From Mizuhopecten yessoensis (taxonomy: Eukaryota), in the NCBI RefSeq assembly GCF_002113885.1, contig NW_018408154.1, forward strand, positions 906,929 to 970,928: a DNA stretch of 64,000 nucleotides, given 5' to 3'. The stretch's first letter is position 1; each line of letters opens with the position of its first letter. The notes below the pieces were generated by a model that did not search any database, was not told where the DNA came from, and worked only from the letters and a program-made list of their open reading frames with translations. A program made the translations under genes and the position numbers. Positions 28,101-38,819 of this stretch are shown here, one piece after another.

Positions 28101-29223
28101 CAGGTCACACTTTACTGAAAACGGTTAAACCAATTCTCACCGCTACCTATTAAAGCTGCACGTGAAGCAGAGAGTAGCAATTAAGTACAATTCTGAGGAC
28201 TTTAGTTTGTCTCAGTGGTGATACAGAACCTATAACCTTCCTTGGGCGAACACTTAACACCAAGGTCATTAAAAAACAAAGGAGAGAAGACGTAAAGATC
28301 CGAAATGTTGCAATAAGTGCAGCACATTTAGTTTTGGCACTTTTGTGTCCCCAAGTACAGGGAACATATATAAATTTCAAATTTTGCAGGAGTTCCCATA
28401 TAACTATTACGATGCAGTGAGTAACAGCAGCAGGTATACTTTATATTTTAATCCCCAATTGCAGGGCTGTTAAAATATATGAGCTGATGTATTTTCTACC
28501 CAAGTTACAAAACAAAAGCACTTCATTTAAACAGAAATTCAACTGCAAACAGGAAGTCTTAACACAAAGTCTATGATAAAAAAGGCAAATAATGAAGGGC
28601 TAAAATGTGAAAACGAAAGTCTATTTTGGACAAATCCCAATCGTAGCGTTAAATAGATAGAGATGTTATCAGCCGTATACGGCGGTACTAGATAGAACAA
28701 GCTAGTGCTAGAATATTGGAAAAATGTACCCTAAGAATAAAGATAGTGAGTGTTCTCTTCTTCTGTCCATTTCCCGACTTCAAAAGACTATGATTCGTAT
28801 AGGCAAGGGCGCTTATATGTAGGTATTTTTAACATTGATCAATATGCACACAAGCAACGAAAACAATAGAAGTAGCACCATGATGATGGGATTTAGAATT
28901 TAAAGAATGAGATGGGAAAAGTGTGATTATCACAATATTCGCAACTCCCCCCCCNACATGAACTCATCACAAATGAGTAATAACTTACTAAAGGCTCGCT
29001 ACAAAGGGAGAAATCTTCATAAATGAGATGTTGAATGAAAATTCATGTAAGATCATTAATGCAAATTCGTATTGATTATACGCAGTTGCTAGCCAGTTCT
29101 TAACATATATGTGTTTTGCTATTTTTCAAATAACAATTGAGTTCAAATAAGATTAATTAATTGATATTCAGTAGTTTGATTTATAAATAAATACGTTTCA
29201 GATTCTAATACAACACATATACC

Positions 29224-30816
29224 ATGGCGTGGTCAGATGTACTGCAGGCTGTACTCGTGCTTCCGTTCACAGCGGGGAATTCGAGGACAGTTCGGAACCG
29301 ACCTGTTCATTTAGACGGAACGACATCCACCGTTGTCATCAGTATTTTCTTTTTCTCCTTTATATTACTGCTAGTGAATGGTATTATAGACAAAGAAGAC
29401 ACTCGCATAAGCTTCGTCGGGATCAAAGTTATTCTATCCATTGTTGTCTCCCTTGGCTTGCTGTCCTGTGTGGCTGTTATCATTGTCATCAAGGTCAAAG
29501 GCTTCAACTCAATAATGGAGCGTCGACGGGAGGTGACGAGTTCTCGTCTCCAGAAGGTTGTTTTGTGGATTTTTGGGATCCTGTCTGTTGTATATTGCTT
29601 CCTGAAAAGTGCCCACATAATAGAGTGTATCCACACTCTCGATTCCAATTACAAGTACCACGCCCCAATCATGGACTGTGTATACTACGCTATAATACTT
29701 GGATTCCTGCCCGTACAAATGTTATCACTAACCTATCTCACGCCTTACCGATTCAAAAGATGTTGGCAGATTCATTATGTGATACTGGTAGTACTAGCCT
29801 CTAATCTCACGATGTGGGTTTACGGTTTGAAGACACATAGCCATTCTCATGTAAACCTCAAAAACGTCACGTGGAATACCAACTGTACAAATCAAACATT
29901 TACACATATGCTTCATGTCTCCGAAAACATTCTGCCTCCAATATTTTTGGAATATTCTATGTTAGCAATTACGATGACACACAATTTATCTGTTAAATGG
30001 GAAACTTACAATGACAGAAGCGAAAATACAATCCTAGAGACCCATAGTCTGACAGAAACAAGTGAAAGCACTTTCGAAGAAGGCGACAGTACTGTTCCAA
30101 TCAATGCTGAAACTCCATTATTGTCTGAATTATCAAGATCTTCCCTAGGTCAGAGGAGAGACAAGAATATGTTCCTGTTCTACGTCGTTTTGATGTTATG
30201 GGGATTGCTTTCTGTTGGTATTTTCATCGGATACATTGTTCAAGTCACTATCTACAATGAAATTCAACAGAAATGGACCGCTAGTTTAGAACTGGTCATT
30301 GCTGTCATGATGGCGATTTGTACATATTATGGATATCATTTTGTGGCACGAGACACCAATCCTCCTTTCAAGTCCGATCCAATTTCCGGAGGCGAATACG
30401 TGTTTATTCTTTCTTCAATTGGTTCACTGTTAGGAAGTACATTTCGCGTGATGACATCCCTAAAATTGAAAACTCCCAATTATGTGATTGCAGTTTCTCG
30501 GGGGATCTTTGGTACTCTTTCCTACTTACAGACTGTCCTTATCCTTCACGCTAGCCGCTGCAGCCCGAAGCACCAGTGTCGAAATAAAGCATCACTGAAG
30601 CGCACTTTGCTGATACTGTCATTGTACAATTTAGGGGCTTGGACCATCGAGAGCTTTATATTGGGTAGCTTTCCTAGTTTAAGGAGCGCAGAGAAACAAT
30701 ATCTTGACCAGGCCCTGTGGGAAATAAGTTACCAGGTTTGCCATCCTATGAATGTCTTCTTCAGATTCGCCTCAGCTCTGGAATTATATGAGTTGTATAA
30801 GAAATATGGAGGCTAA
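29224..30816 (+). CDS. Otop: Otopetrin-like 12-TM protein, paralog A (530 aa, single coding exon)
   Basis: 12 hydrophobic segments in a 6+6 arrangement around an acidic/Ser loop. TM4 PVQM, TM5 SNLTMW, TM6 PIFLEYS, TM10 YLQT, TM11 YNLGAW and TM12 CHPMNVFFRFAS match the otopetrin P-x-x-x-E-Y and P-x-x-x-F-Y-R-x-H-S signatures. Confidence 0.82.
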   Translation: MAWSDVLQAVLVLPFTAGNSRTVRNRPVHLDGTTSTVVISIFFFSFILLLVNGIIDKEDTRISFVGIKVILSIVVSLGLLSCVAVIIVIKVKGFNSIMERRREVTSSRLQKVVLWIFGILSVVYCFLKSAHIIECIHTLDSNYKYHAPIMDCVYYAIILGFLPVQMLSLTYLTPYRFKRCWQIHYVILVVLASNLTMWVYGLKTHSHSHVNLKNVTWNTNCTNQTFTHMLHVSENILPPIFLEYSMLAITMTHNLSVKWETYNDRSENTILETHSLTETSESTFEEGDSTVPINAETPLLSELSRSSLGQRRDKNMFLFYVVLMLWGLLSVGIFIGYIVQVTIYNEIQQKWTASLELVIAVMMAICTYYGYHFVARDTNPPFKSDPISGGEYVFILSSIGSLLGSTFRVMTSLKLKTPNYVIAVSRGIFGTLSYLQTVLILHASRCSPKHQCRNKASLKRTLLILSLYNLGAWTIESFILGSFPSLRSAEKQYLDQALWEISYQVCHPMNVFFRFASALELYELYKKYGG

Positions 30817-31639
30817 ACACGTAGAGTGCCTTTTGTCCGCCAACTTCTGTGAATGAGTGTATCAGACTTTGTATTTGTTCTAAAGGTTAGGAGAAACTTA
30901 TACACCATCGCTTTTCTAAAGTCGATAAACATCGCTGATACGAGGTCTCTATATTTTTAAAATTGTGTGGACTGGTTTCAATAACATAAGATCTGTGACG
31001 AAAAGTATTGCCTACCTTCCAGAGCAAATGATTGTGTCTCCATGTTTTGCTTTTTTATCCCCCCCCCCCCCCCCCCCATCGAATTGATTTATTCATTTTG
31101 TTTTCGTATGGTTACAATATATTGTACTTTTCTTAATGCTTAGTGAAGAAGTTAGAGATGAAGAATTTTACTCTTTGTTTTAAAGGAAATTGCTGTTAAA
31201 TATACATATTATAGTAATTTTACTTACCAATAAACTAAGTGATGAACGTTGATTCTGGTAACAGGAAGAGTTCGCCTACTGTAAAGTATAAAACAAATGG
31301 TTTGAGATGAAAAAGTTACATAATTGTATATATAAAAATATTTTATTAAAAGATAAATGAATATCATTTTTCAAAGTCTTATGGATTTCTTCCTTTCTTT
31401 TCTTTCTTGTTTTTAGATTCTACTGATCAATGAAATTTGTACCTTCCTTTTTAATAAGAGAAAACATGTGTCTTTGCCTACAAGTACAAGTTAGAGGATG
31501 GAAAGGAATTTAAGCCTACGGAACACCAGCAATTTAGCAGTTTTGTTACCATTGTCAGTAACCTTTCATGGGATGCTCAATTATCTGGAAGAAAAAAAAG
31601 AGAAAACCCCCGCTCATTAAAGTTTGAATGCAATTAAGG

Positions 31640-31870
31640 AAACAATCAAATAAATGCACCGTTATCTATTTAAATATCTATGAAAAGATTTGTAAAACTT
31701 CATCTAGAATATGCCAACCAAGTTTGGAGCCGGCATCTGATAAAATATACATAGCGGCGGCCATAGCCATAGATTATTATCAAAAGAAGAGCACGAAAAC
31801 TTATTGGGTATGGCAGACCTATCTGCTCCCAACGTTACACCTTAACACGATAATATTAAACTGTTGATGC
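31640..31870 (+). mobile_element. Decayed CR1-type LINE ORF2 fragment
   Basis: FVKLHLEYANQVWSRHLIK resembles the CR1 motif LVRPHLEYANQVWSPHL, followed by a frameshifted Q.R.TK...DLS. Confidence 0.65.
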
Positions 31871-33267
31871 ATAAGGCTGAACTAATCTTATGAGAAGGGA
31901 AAACGCGGGATGCCAATCAGCGGTGAATGAATACATAAATAATCTATTTTTTTCAGTACATGTACAGGAGTATTAGTCTGAACGGCATGAAACTTTGTGA
32001 GATAAGGACAGGTCGCAGTCCACATGTGACACCACTGAGGATCCTGATGGGGATAATCCTTTAGCTAAATCAGGCTTTAATCCTCAATCAATTAAGTTTA
32101 GGATATGTTACGATTCCTTCTCCTTCTATTTCATAAATCTGCTGGCCAGATATTTAGGAAAATCCACATGAGCATTGGTAGGTAGATGTGCGTAACACTT
32201 TTATTTTCCGATCGGTCGTCAAACATGGTTGCGGTGGCTTCTGATTGGCTGACCCGTAATGGATTTAATTTAATTTTAATTTTGAGGATTGAAATGAAAA
32301 TTGGCGAAAAAGATATTTATGAGACACTTGAAACAATTGAAACTTACAACCGATCACAGGGTTGATAGGTCATATTTCATGGGTTAATACGCAATAAAAT
32401 TTAACATGGGTATATTCACTGGATAACACAGTACATTATGTAATAAACATGTATGTTTCCTAGTGAATTACTTCAACGACCAAAGTTAGATACACTACAC
32501 ATACAGGGTACACATCACAATAGGCTCATTTTTTGCCCCGGAAGAATTTAAGCGTACTGTGCTATTAATTACAATCATTAAGGAAACATCCGAAGTTTTG
32601 TTGGTGTCTGTAACGTTGTCTTCGTAAATTAATTTCTACACGGCTGAGCTGTTACGAGGAATTACCACGGCAGATAAGGTATGTAACAAATAATACACTT
32701 TAGTTGCTGACACTGACTGGATCTCCATTAAGGAGCTTATGTGTAAACAAACGCGTGAAACTCTTGTACACTTACAGTATGAACAATTCTCATGTTAGGA
32801 TTTTAAATCATTAACTCGAATAGAGTACATATAATGAGATGTATAAATATCATCTGTAGACAGACGAAGTAATTTCGAATTGTAAAGCTGTATGAGCTGT
32901 ACGCTCGTACAAACAATAATATATCAATTATATATATATACTTATACTTATTATAAAAGCAGAAAAATCATCCTTACGGATGAAGAAATATTATAAAAAG
33001 AAAAATTCGCAACAACGAGTCTTTAGTACTTTCATCTCTTCTACGGGATTCTTCAGATTTATACTTATACATATGTTCTCACCTTTTTATTTATTACACT
33101 AATGTATGAGTTATTGCAGTGCTTAAATGAAAAAGAAAGACTACTTTGGCAAGCCAAATAATATTTTTCTTGATTAGGAATTTAATTGATCAATTTATTA
33201 TGGTGATACAATACAGAAAAAGCTATTGATACAATGCAATCTATTGTCTTTTTTCAGAAATCTTAAC

Positions 33268-34869
33268 ATGGCATGGTCAGATGCACTGGTGAATGTACTG
33301 CTGCTTCCGTTCACAGCGGGGAATTCGAGGACAGTACGGAACCGACCTGTTCATTTGGACGGAACAACATCCACCGTTGTCATCAGTATTGTCTTTACCT
33401 CTTTACTTTTACTGCTCGTAAAAGCAATGATAGACCAGGAGAACACTTTATTAAGCTTTGCTGGGACCATAGGTTTCCTATCCGTTGTCGTCTCCTTTGG
33501 CTTGCTGTCCTGTGTTGCTGTCATCATTGTCATCAAGGTCAAAGGCTTCCACTCAATATTAGACCCACGACAGGATGTGGCTAGTTCTCGTCTGCAAAAG
33601 ATTGTTTTATGGGGTTTCGGGATGGTGTCTGTAACATTTTGTTTTCTGAAGAGCGGTCATCTAGTAGAATGTATCGACATTCTAGACAACGCCCCAATCA
33701 TGGAGTGTGTATTCTATGTTATAATACTTGTGTTTTTGCCCGTACAGATTTTATTACTGACCTATCTCACGCCTTACCGATTCAAACGATCCGTACGTAT
33801 TCAGTATACGATCCTGTTAATGCTAGCCTCTAATATCACAATGTGGGTGTACAGTTTAATGACACATGATCAAGAACATTCACATGCTAACCCGAGAAAC
33901 GTCACGTGGAATACCAACTGTACAAATAAAACATTTACACATATGCTTTATGTTTCCGAAAAAATTCTCTCTCCAATATTTTTGGAATATTCTATGTTAG
34001 CAATTACGATGACACACAATTTATCTGTTAAATGGGAAACTTACAATGAAAGAAGCGAAAATACAATCCTAGAGACCCATAGTCTGACAGAAACAAGTAA
34101 AAGCACTGTCGATGAAGGCGAGTCAGACGACCGTTCTGTTCCCATAAATGCTGAAACTCCATTATTGTCTGGATTGTCAAAAGTTTCTCCAGGTCCAGTT
34201 CAGAGGACAGACAGGAAAACGTTCCTGTTCTACGTCGTTTTGATGTTGTATGGATTGCTTTCTGTCAGTATTTTCATCGGATACATTGTTCGAGTCACTG
34301 TCCCCAGTGAAATGCAGCAGAAATGGATCGCTAGTTTGGAACTGGTTATTTCTATCATGATGGCGATTTGTACATTTTATGGATATCATCTTGTGGCACG
34401 AGACACCAATCCTCCTTTCAAGTCCGATCCTATATCCGGAGGCGAATACGTGTTTATTATCTCCGCAGTTGGAACCATGATAAGTTGCACATTTAGCGTG
34501 ATGACATCCCTAAAATCCCTGAAAACTCCCAATTATGTGTTTGCAGTTTCTCGGGGGATCTTTGGTACACTTTCCTACTTACAGACTGTCCTTATCCTTC
34601 ACGCTAGCCGCTGCAGCCCGAAGCATCACTGCCGAAATAAAGCATCACTGAAGCGCACTTTGCTGTTGCTGTCATTGTACAATTTAGGGGCTTGGATCAT
34701 CGAGAGCTTTATATTGGGTAGTTTTCCTAGTTTAAGGAGCGCAGAGAAGCAACTCCTCGGCCAGGCTCTGTTGGAAATAAATTACAAAGTTTGCCATCCT
34801 ATGAATGTCTTCTTCAGATTTGCCTCAGCTCTAGAATTATATGAGTTATATAAGAAATATGGAGGCTAA
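33268..34869 (+). CDS. Otop: Otopetrin-like protein, paralog B (533 aa from ATG 33268)
   Basis: Close paralog of A (MAWSD...YKKYGG). The ORF-track start at 33226 runs through an intron acceptor (ttttttcag, 33257). Confidence 0.82.
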   Translation: MAWSDALVNVLLLPFTAGNSRTVRNRPVHLDGTTSTVVISIVFTSLLLLLVKAMIDQENTLLSFAGTIGFLSVVVSFGLLSCVAVIIVIKVKGFHSILDPRQDVASSRLQKIVLWGFGMVSVTFCFLKSGHLVECIDILDNAPIMECVFYVIILVFLPVQILLLTYLTPYRFKRSVRIQYTILLMLASNITMWVYSLMTHDQEHSHANPRNVTWNTNCTNKTFTHMLYVSEKILSPIFLEYSMLAITMTHNLSVKWETYNERSENTILETHSLTETSKSTVDEGESDDRSVPINAETPLLSGLSKVSPGPVQRTDRKTFLFYVVLMLYGLLSVSIFIGYIVRVTVPSEMQQKWIASLELVISIMMAICTFYGYHLVARDTNPPFKSDPISGGEYVFIISAVGTMISCTFSVMTSLKSLKTPNYVFAVSRGIFGTLSYLQTVLILHASRCSPKHHCRNKASLKRTLLLLSLYNLGAWIIESFILGSFPSLRSAEKQLLGQALLEINYKVCHPMNVFFRFASALELYELYKKYGG

Positions 34870-35970
34870 ACATGTCCAGTGTCATTTGTCTGTAATCTGT
34901 TACTTTTTAAATATGACTGGAAATTAGCACAATAGCCGTTAGTTGTAATATTGTTTTGGGATTTTGTTTAACACAAGTTTGACTCTGCTTTGTTTCCAAG
35001 TGTTTGATCAGTTTTTTGTCATCCTCATTAATGATTGCTAGCATGTTGCTTATATTCAATTTGATAACTTAATGTATATTTCGATAAAATCGTCTCGCCG
35101 AAAAGGAAATAGAATAAAATTATAAATAAATAAAATCAGTAATGCACTCTCTAATGCATATCGACTTCTGTGTTTGCCATTAGGTTTTGTACAAATAGAT
35201 AACACGTTTCCGCTTAGACGTCACGGGAAAAAACCCTTAGCTGATCTGCTGCAATAGGAACCCTAGAGATCACCATTTTATATTCTATTTTCTCTTTCTT
35301 TTCGCCGGTGTATCCCTAGCTACATGTACTTTAGCTAAGCTCATTGTCACAATAATGTGAGGGAATGGAGTGTCATACTTCCGCATTCAAATTACGGTAT
35401 TCCAGTGATATAACAAGGAAATGGCCCATTACTTATTACTTCACACGAACATACAAGACGTAAATCCAAAGCAAGCAAATAATCAAAGTCCCTAGTGTGT
35501 ACAAAAAAAGTACACAATTAAACAGAATTATGAAATGGATTGCATGAATTACATGACAGGTTGAATGGTGAAAGATGATTGACTGGAGAGAAGTTCAGAA
35601 CTCCTCTGATTCTTACAAACCAGCCTTACTGCTCTCTCTATCAACCAGGCAACGGGTTCTTTTACCGACAATCAGCAAAATCCTATCTTTAAAGCTTATA
35701 TTATCTTAATATTATATGCTCAGCACAATGAAAGGAATGTCTAGTACCACACGTGACGGATCCATGATAAGGAAAGACATTATTGAATTAGCGATAATGT
35801 AACGTCTGTGTGAACAAAGCATAAATCTTATTGTTGCTACCACTGGCGTCATAACTAGCAGGAAATACCAAAATGAATTATTAATATGTAATTCAGAAAA
35901 ATTCATATAAGGAAGTACATAAATATCCAAATCTTTGTTACTGTTAATTTGTTTTGGTCAGCTTCAAACA

Positions 35971-37114
35971 AACAAGAGGCTCATGGGCCTTAACGGTCAC
36001 CTGATTTATGTTAAAACTGATTTTATCGATGTTGCAAAATTAAAAAGAAATAATTTTGTAACAAAGGTAACTTGAACTACATGTAATATACTATGTACAA
36101 GTAGTGGTTCTGTCAGTCAGCTGAATTTAGGTAAAGCACCTTGAGATCCTTCCATCTATGAAGAGTATTTGATTCTACCAAATCTGGATCTTGAGAAGAA
36201 GGTTTTTAAAATTTTAGTCAATTTGACCTTTTTTGGCCCCGCCCCTAAGGCCCCTTGGGTCTGGGGACCATATTACTCACAATTAAACTATAGTAAAGTT
36301 TACCACCTCCCAAGGGGAAAAACGTGAGACCCCAGGGTCATGAAATTTACAATTTTGGTAAAGCACCTTGAGACCATTCCATCTATGAAGAGTATTTGAT
36401 TCTACCATTTCTGGGTATTGAGATTAAGATTTTTGAACTTTCAGTCAATTCAACCCTTTTTGGCCCCACCCATCAGCCCCTGGGGGTCAGTCAGGGCTGA
36501 TTTGTGCATATCAAAATGCTATCCAATATTGATAATGCTAACCAAGTTTGAATTAGTTCCAATGGAAATAAAACAAATTCTGGTCCAAAATGTGATTTCC
36601 CTATATAAACTATAGTAAAGTTTACCTCCTTTCCAGGGGGAAACGTGAGACACCATGGTAATGAAATTCACAACTCTGGTAAAGCACCTTAAGACCCTTC
36701 CATCTATAAAGAGTATTTGATTATACTATATCTGGATCTTGAGAAGAATTTTGATATTTTAGTCAATTTGACCCTTTTTGGGGACCATATGATTCACAAT
36801 TTTGGTTAAACTTTGGCCATGGAAGATTTTTGCAAAATTTCATTGAAATTGGTTCATTTTTTTGTTGAGAAGAAGTCAATTTTGGTAAAGCACCTGCTTA
36901 AGACCCTTCCATCTATGAAGAGTATTTGATTCTACCATATCTGGGTCTTGAGAAGAAGATTTTTGAAATTTTAGTCAATTCATATCATTAAAATTGGTTC
37001 AGGGGTTTTGGAGAAGAAGTCGAAAATGTAAATTGTTTACGGACGCCGTACGACGCCGGACAAAAGGCGATCGCAATAGGTCACTTGAGACTTTGTCTCA
37101 GGTGACCTAAAAAA
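35971..37114. mobile_element. Non-autonomous Helentron/HINE-like element with internal tandem repeats
   Basis: Starts aacaagaggctcatgggcc with subterminal ggtcacctga. Four or more internal copies of ggtaaagcacct...ccatctatgaagagtatttgattctacca. Short gacg tract, then terminal hairpin aggtcacttgag/ctcaggtgacct and an A tract. Confidence 0.8.
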
Positions 37115-37852
37115 GCAGAAAAATGTATGACGAAATATTTATAAAAACAAGATAAAAATATACGATAAAAGGGTGATGGCATCATGTTTTAGTGATGTAC
37201 TCAAAACAGATAAAAAGAATCAACCGTTTCACAATTAAGGACATGAACATATCCTTAAGCGATATAGAGAAATTATATATATATACAAACGAATATTTTC
37301 AATGTGATGGTTATCGATCCATGCCTTACATGTACATCGAATGACTTGTACTTTGTCCAAACACAAACGACGAAGTTCTTTTTTTAGTTTCAGTATATAT
37401 TACGATTCTATGAACAAATGGAACTAAAGCTATCACCGAGGAGTTGACAACGTAAAATCAATAATACAAATGTCATTCTCTGCAGAGAAGGGTTGGGCTA
37501 TCTCAATTTTCAATTTAGCGCTCTCGTTAGAGCACATTTCCCACCATTTTCTTGCTGAAGAAAGAGGATGTGTGATCAGTCACAAACATGTTTTTTTGTT
37601 TTTTGTTTTTTAATAATGATTTTATTTTCAAAAGAGGTTTTTCAATACAGTGACAATAATAATGGATCAGTAATTCATTCAGATCATATAATAATCTATT
37701 TGTCACCATTCATCTTTCCTATCGCCAATCATACCATACAAATTATGCAAAAAGAAATTTGTATCACTATAGACTGCATATGGATAGGTATTATTTCACA
37801 ATCTTCCTTATTTATAAACTCAATTATATATTCTTTCTTGTCATACAGTATA

Positions 37853-38393
37853 ATATTGCATGCAAAGACATACATTATCACAAATGTTGCAACCATATTA
37901 TTTTACCCCCCGCAACGAAGTGGTTTTTTTGAGAGGGGGTCGATATTATACATCCTTTAGTTCATAGGCTTATTCAAAACACCGAGAATAATGTGATCAG
38001 GATATTTTAATAAAACGATGCGGAACGGGCAGAAATTTCCGGAATCGGCAGAAATGAGACACATAACAAATTGTAATGCATATATAATCGTAAAGATTGG
38101 GCCAAAAGAGAAAAGTTGGCACCTCTGCATGGTACTGCCACTACACAAATTTTTTTTCTAAGAAATCTATTGAAGAAAAAGCAAATGCATAGCCGGACAA
38201 ATTTATACGTAAAGGGACGTTTTTCTCTTAAAAAGGTCAGAAACGACGAATAATTTCAGGGGGCATAATTACATATGGTACTGCCATTACACTTAAAGAT
38301 TCAAAGACAGGGGGGGGGGGGGGGGGGGGGGGAAGGGATGATTAATAATATGGTTGCAACATTTTGGATAATGTATGTCTATGCATGCAATAT
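37853..38393. mobile_element. Element bounded by inverted repeats of about 50 bp
   Basis: atattgcatgcaaagacatacattatcacaaatgttgcaaccatattatt (37853-37902) is the near reverse complement of 38344-38393. Confidence 0.75.
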
Positions 38394-38819
38394 CAAGTTC
38401 ATACAGAAAGTAGTGGAAGGCCTTACGCTTATTTTTCTTAAATCAGAAATAATTTCCCCCAACAAAGGTAGATTTTTTTGTTTTCTTTTGTTAAGAATTG
38501 CCGCTGTATGACAAGGAAGAATATATAATTGAGTTTATAAATAAGGAAGATCTTCTGTCACTATCTTATTGTTAGATATGCCGTAAACGTTAAGAGAACT
38601 CTTGACAGTGGACATTGTAAGTATACATTTTACTGCACAGAACATTATGATTATTATGATTAAGAACCAAGTTATGTCATAAATATGAAATGAATGCATA
38701 CTTTTTATTTGTCTTGTGCAACTTAATAACAATAATAATAAATCCTGTGTTGACTTTCACAACTGATTTAACATATAAAAATCCATTTTTTCTGTGTTTT
38801 AGAAAAGTCTGATAAGAAC

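Noticed and set aside
29229-29804. Overlapping alternative-frame ORFs in paralogs A and B (191 and 103 aa)
   Set aside because: Shadow frames of the main CDS; the lengths are not conserved between paralogs.
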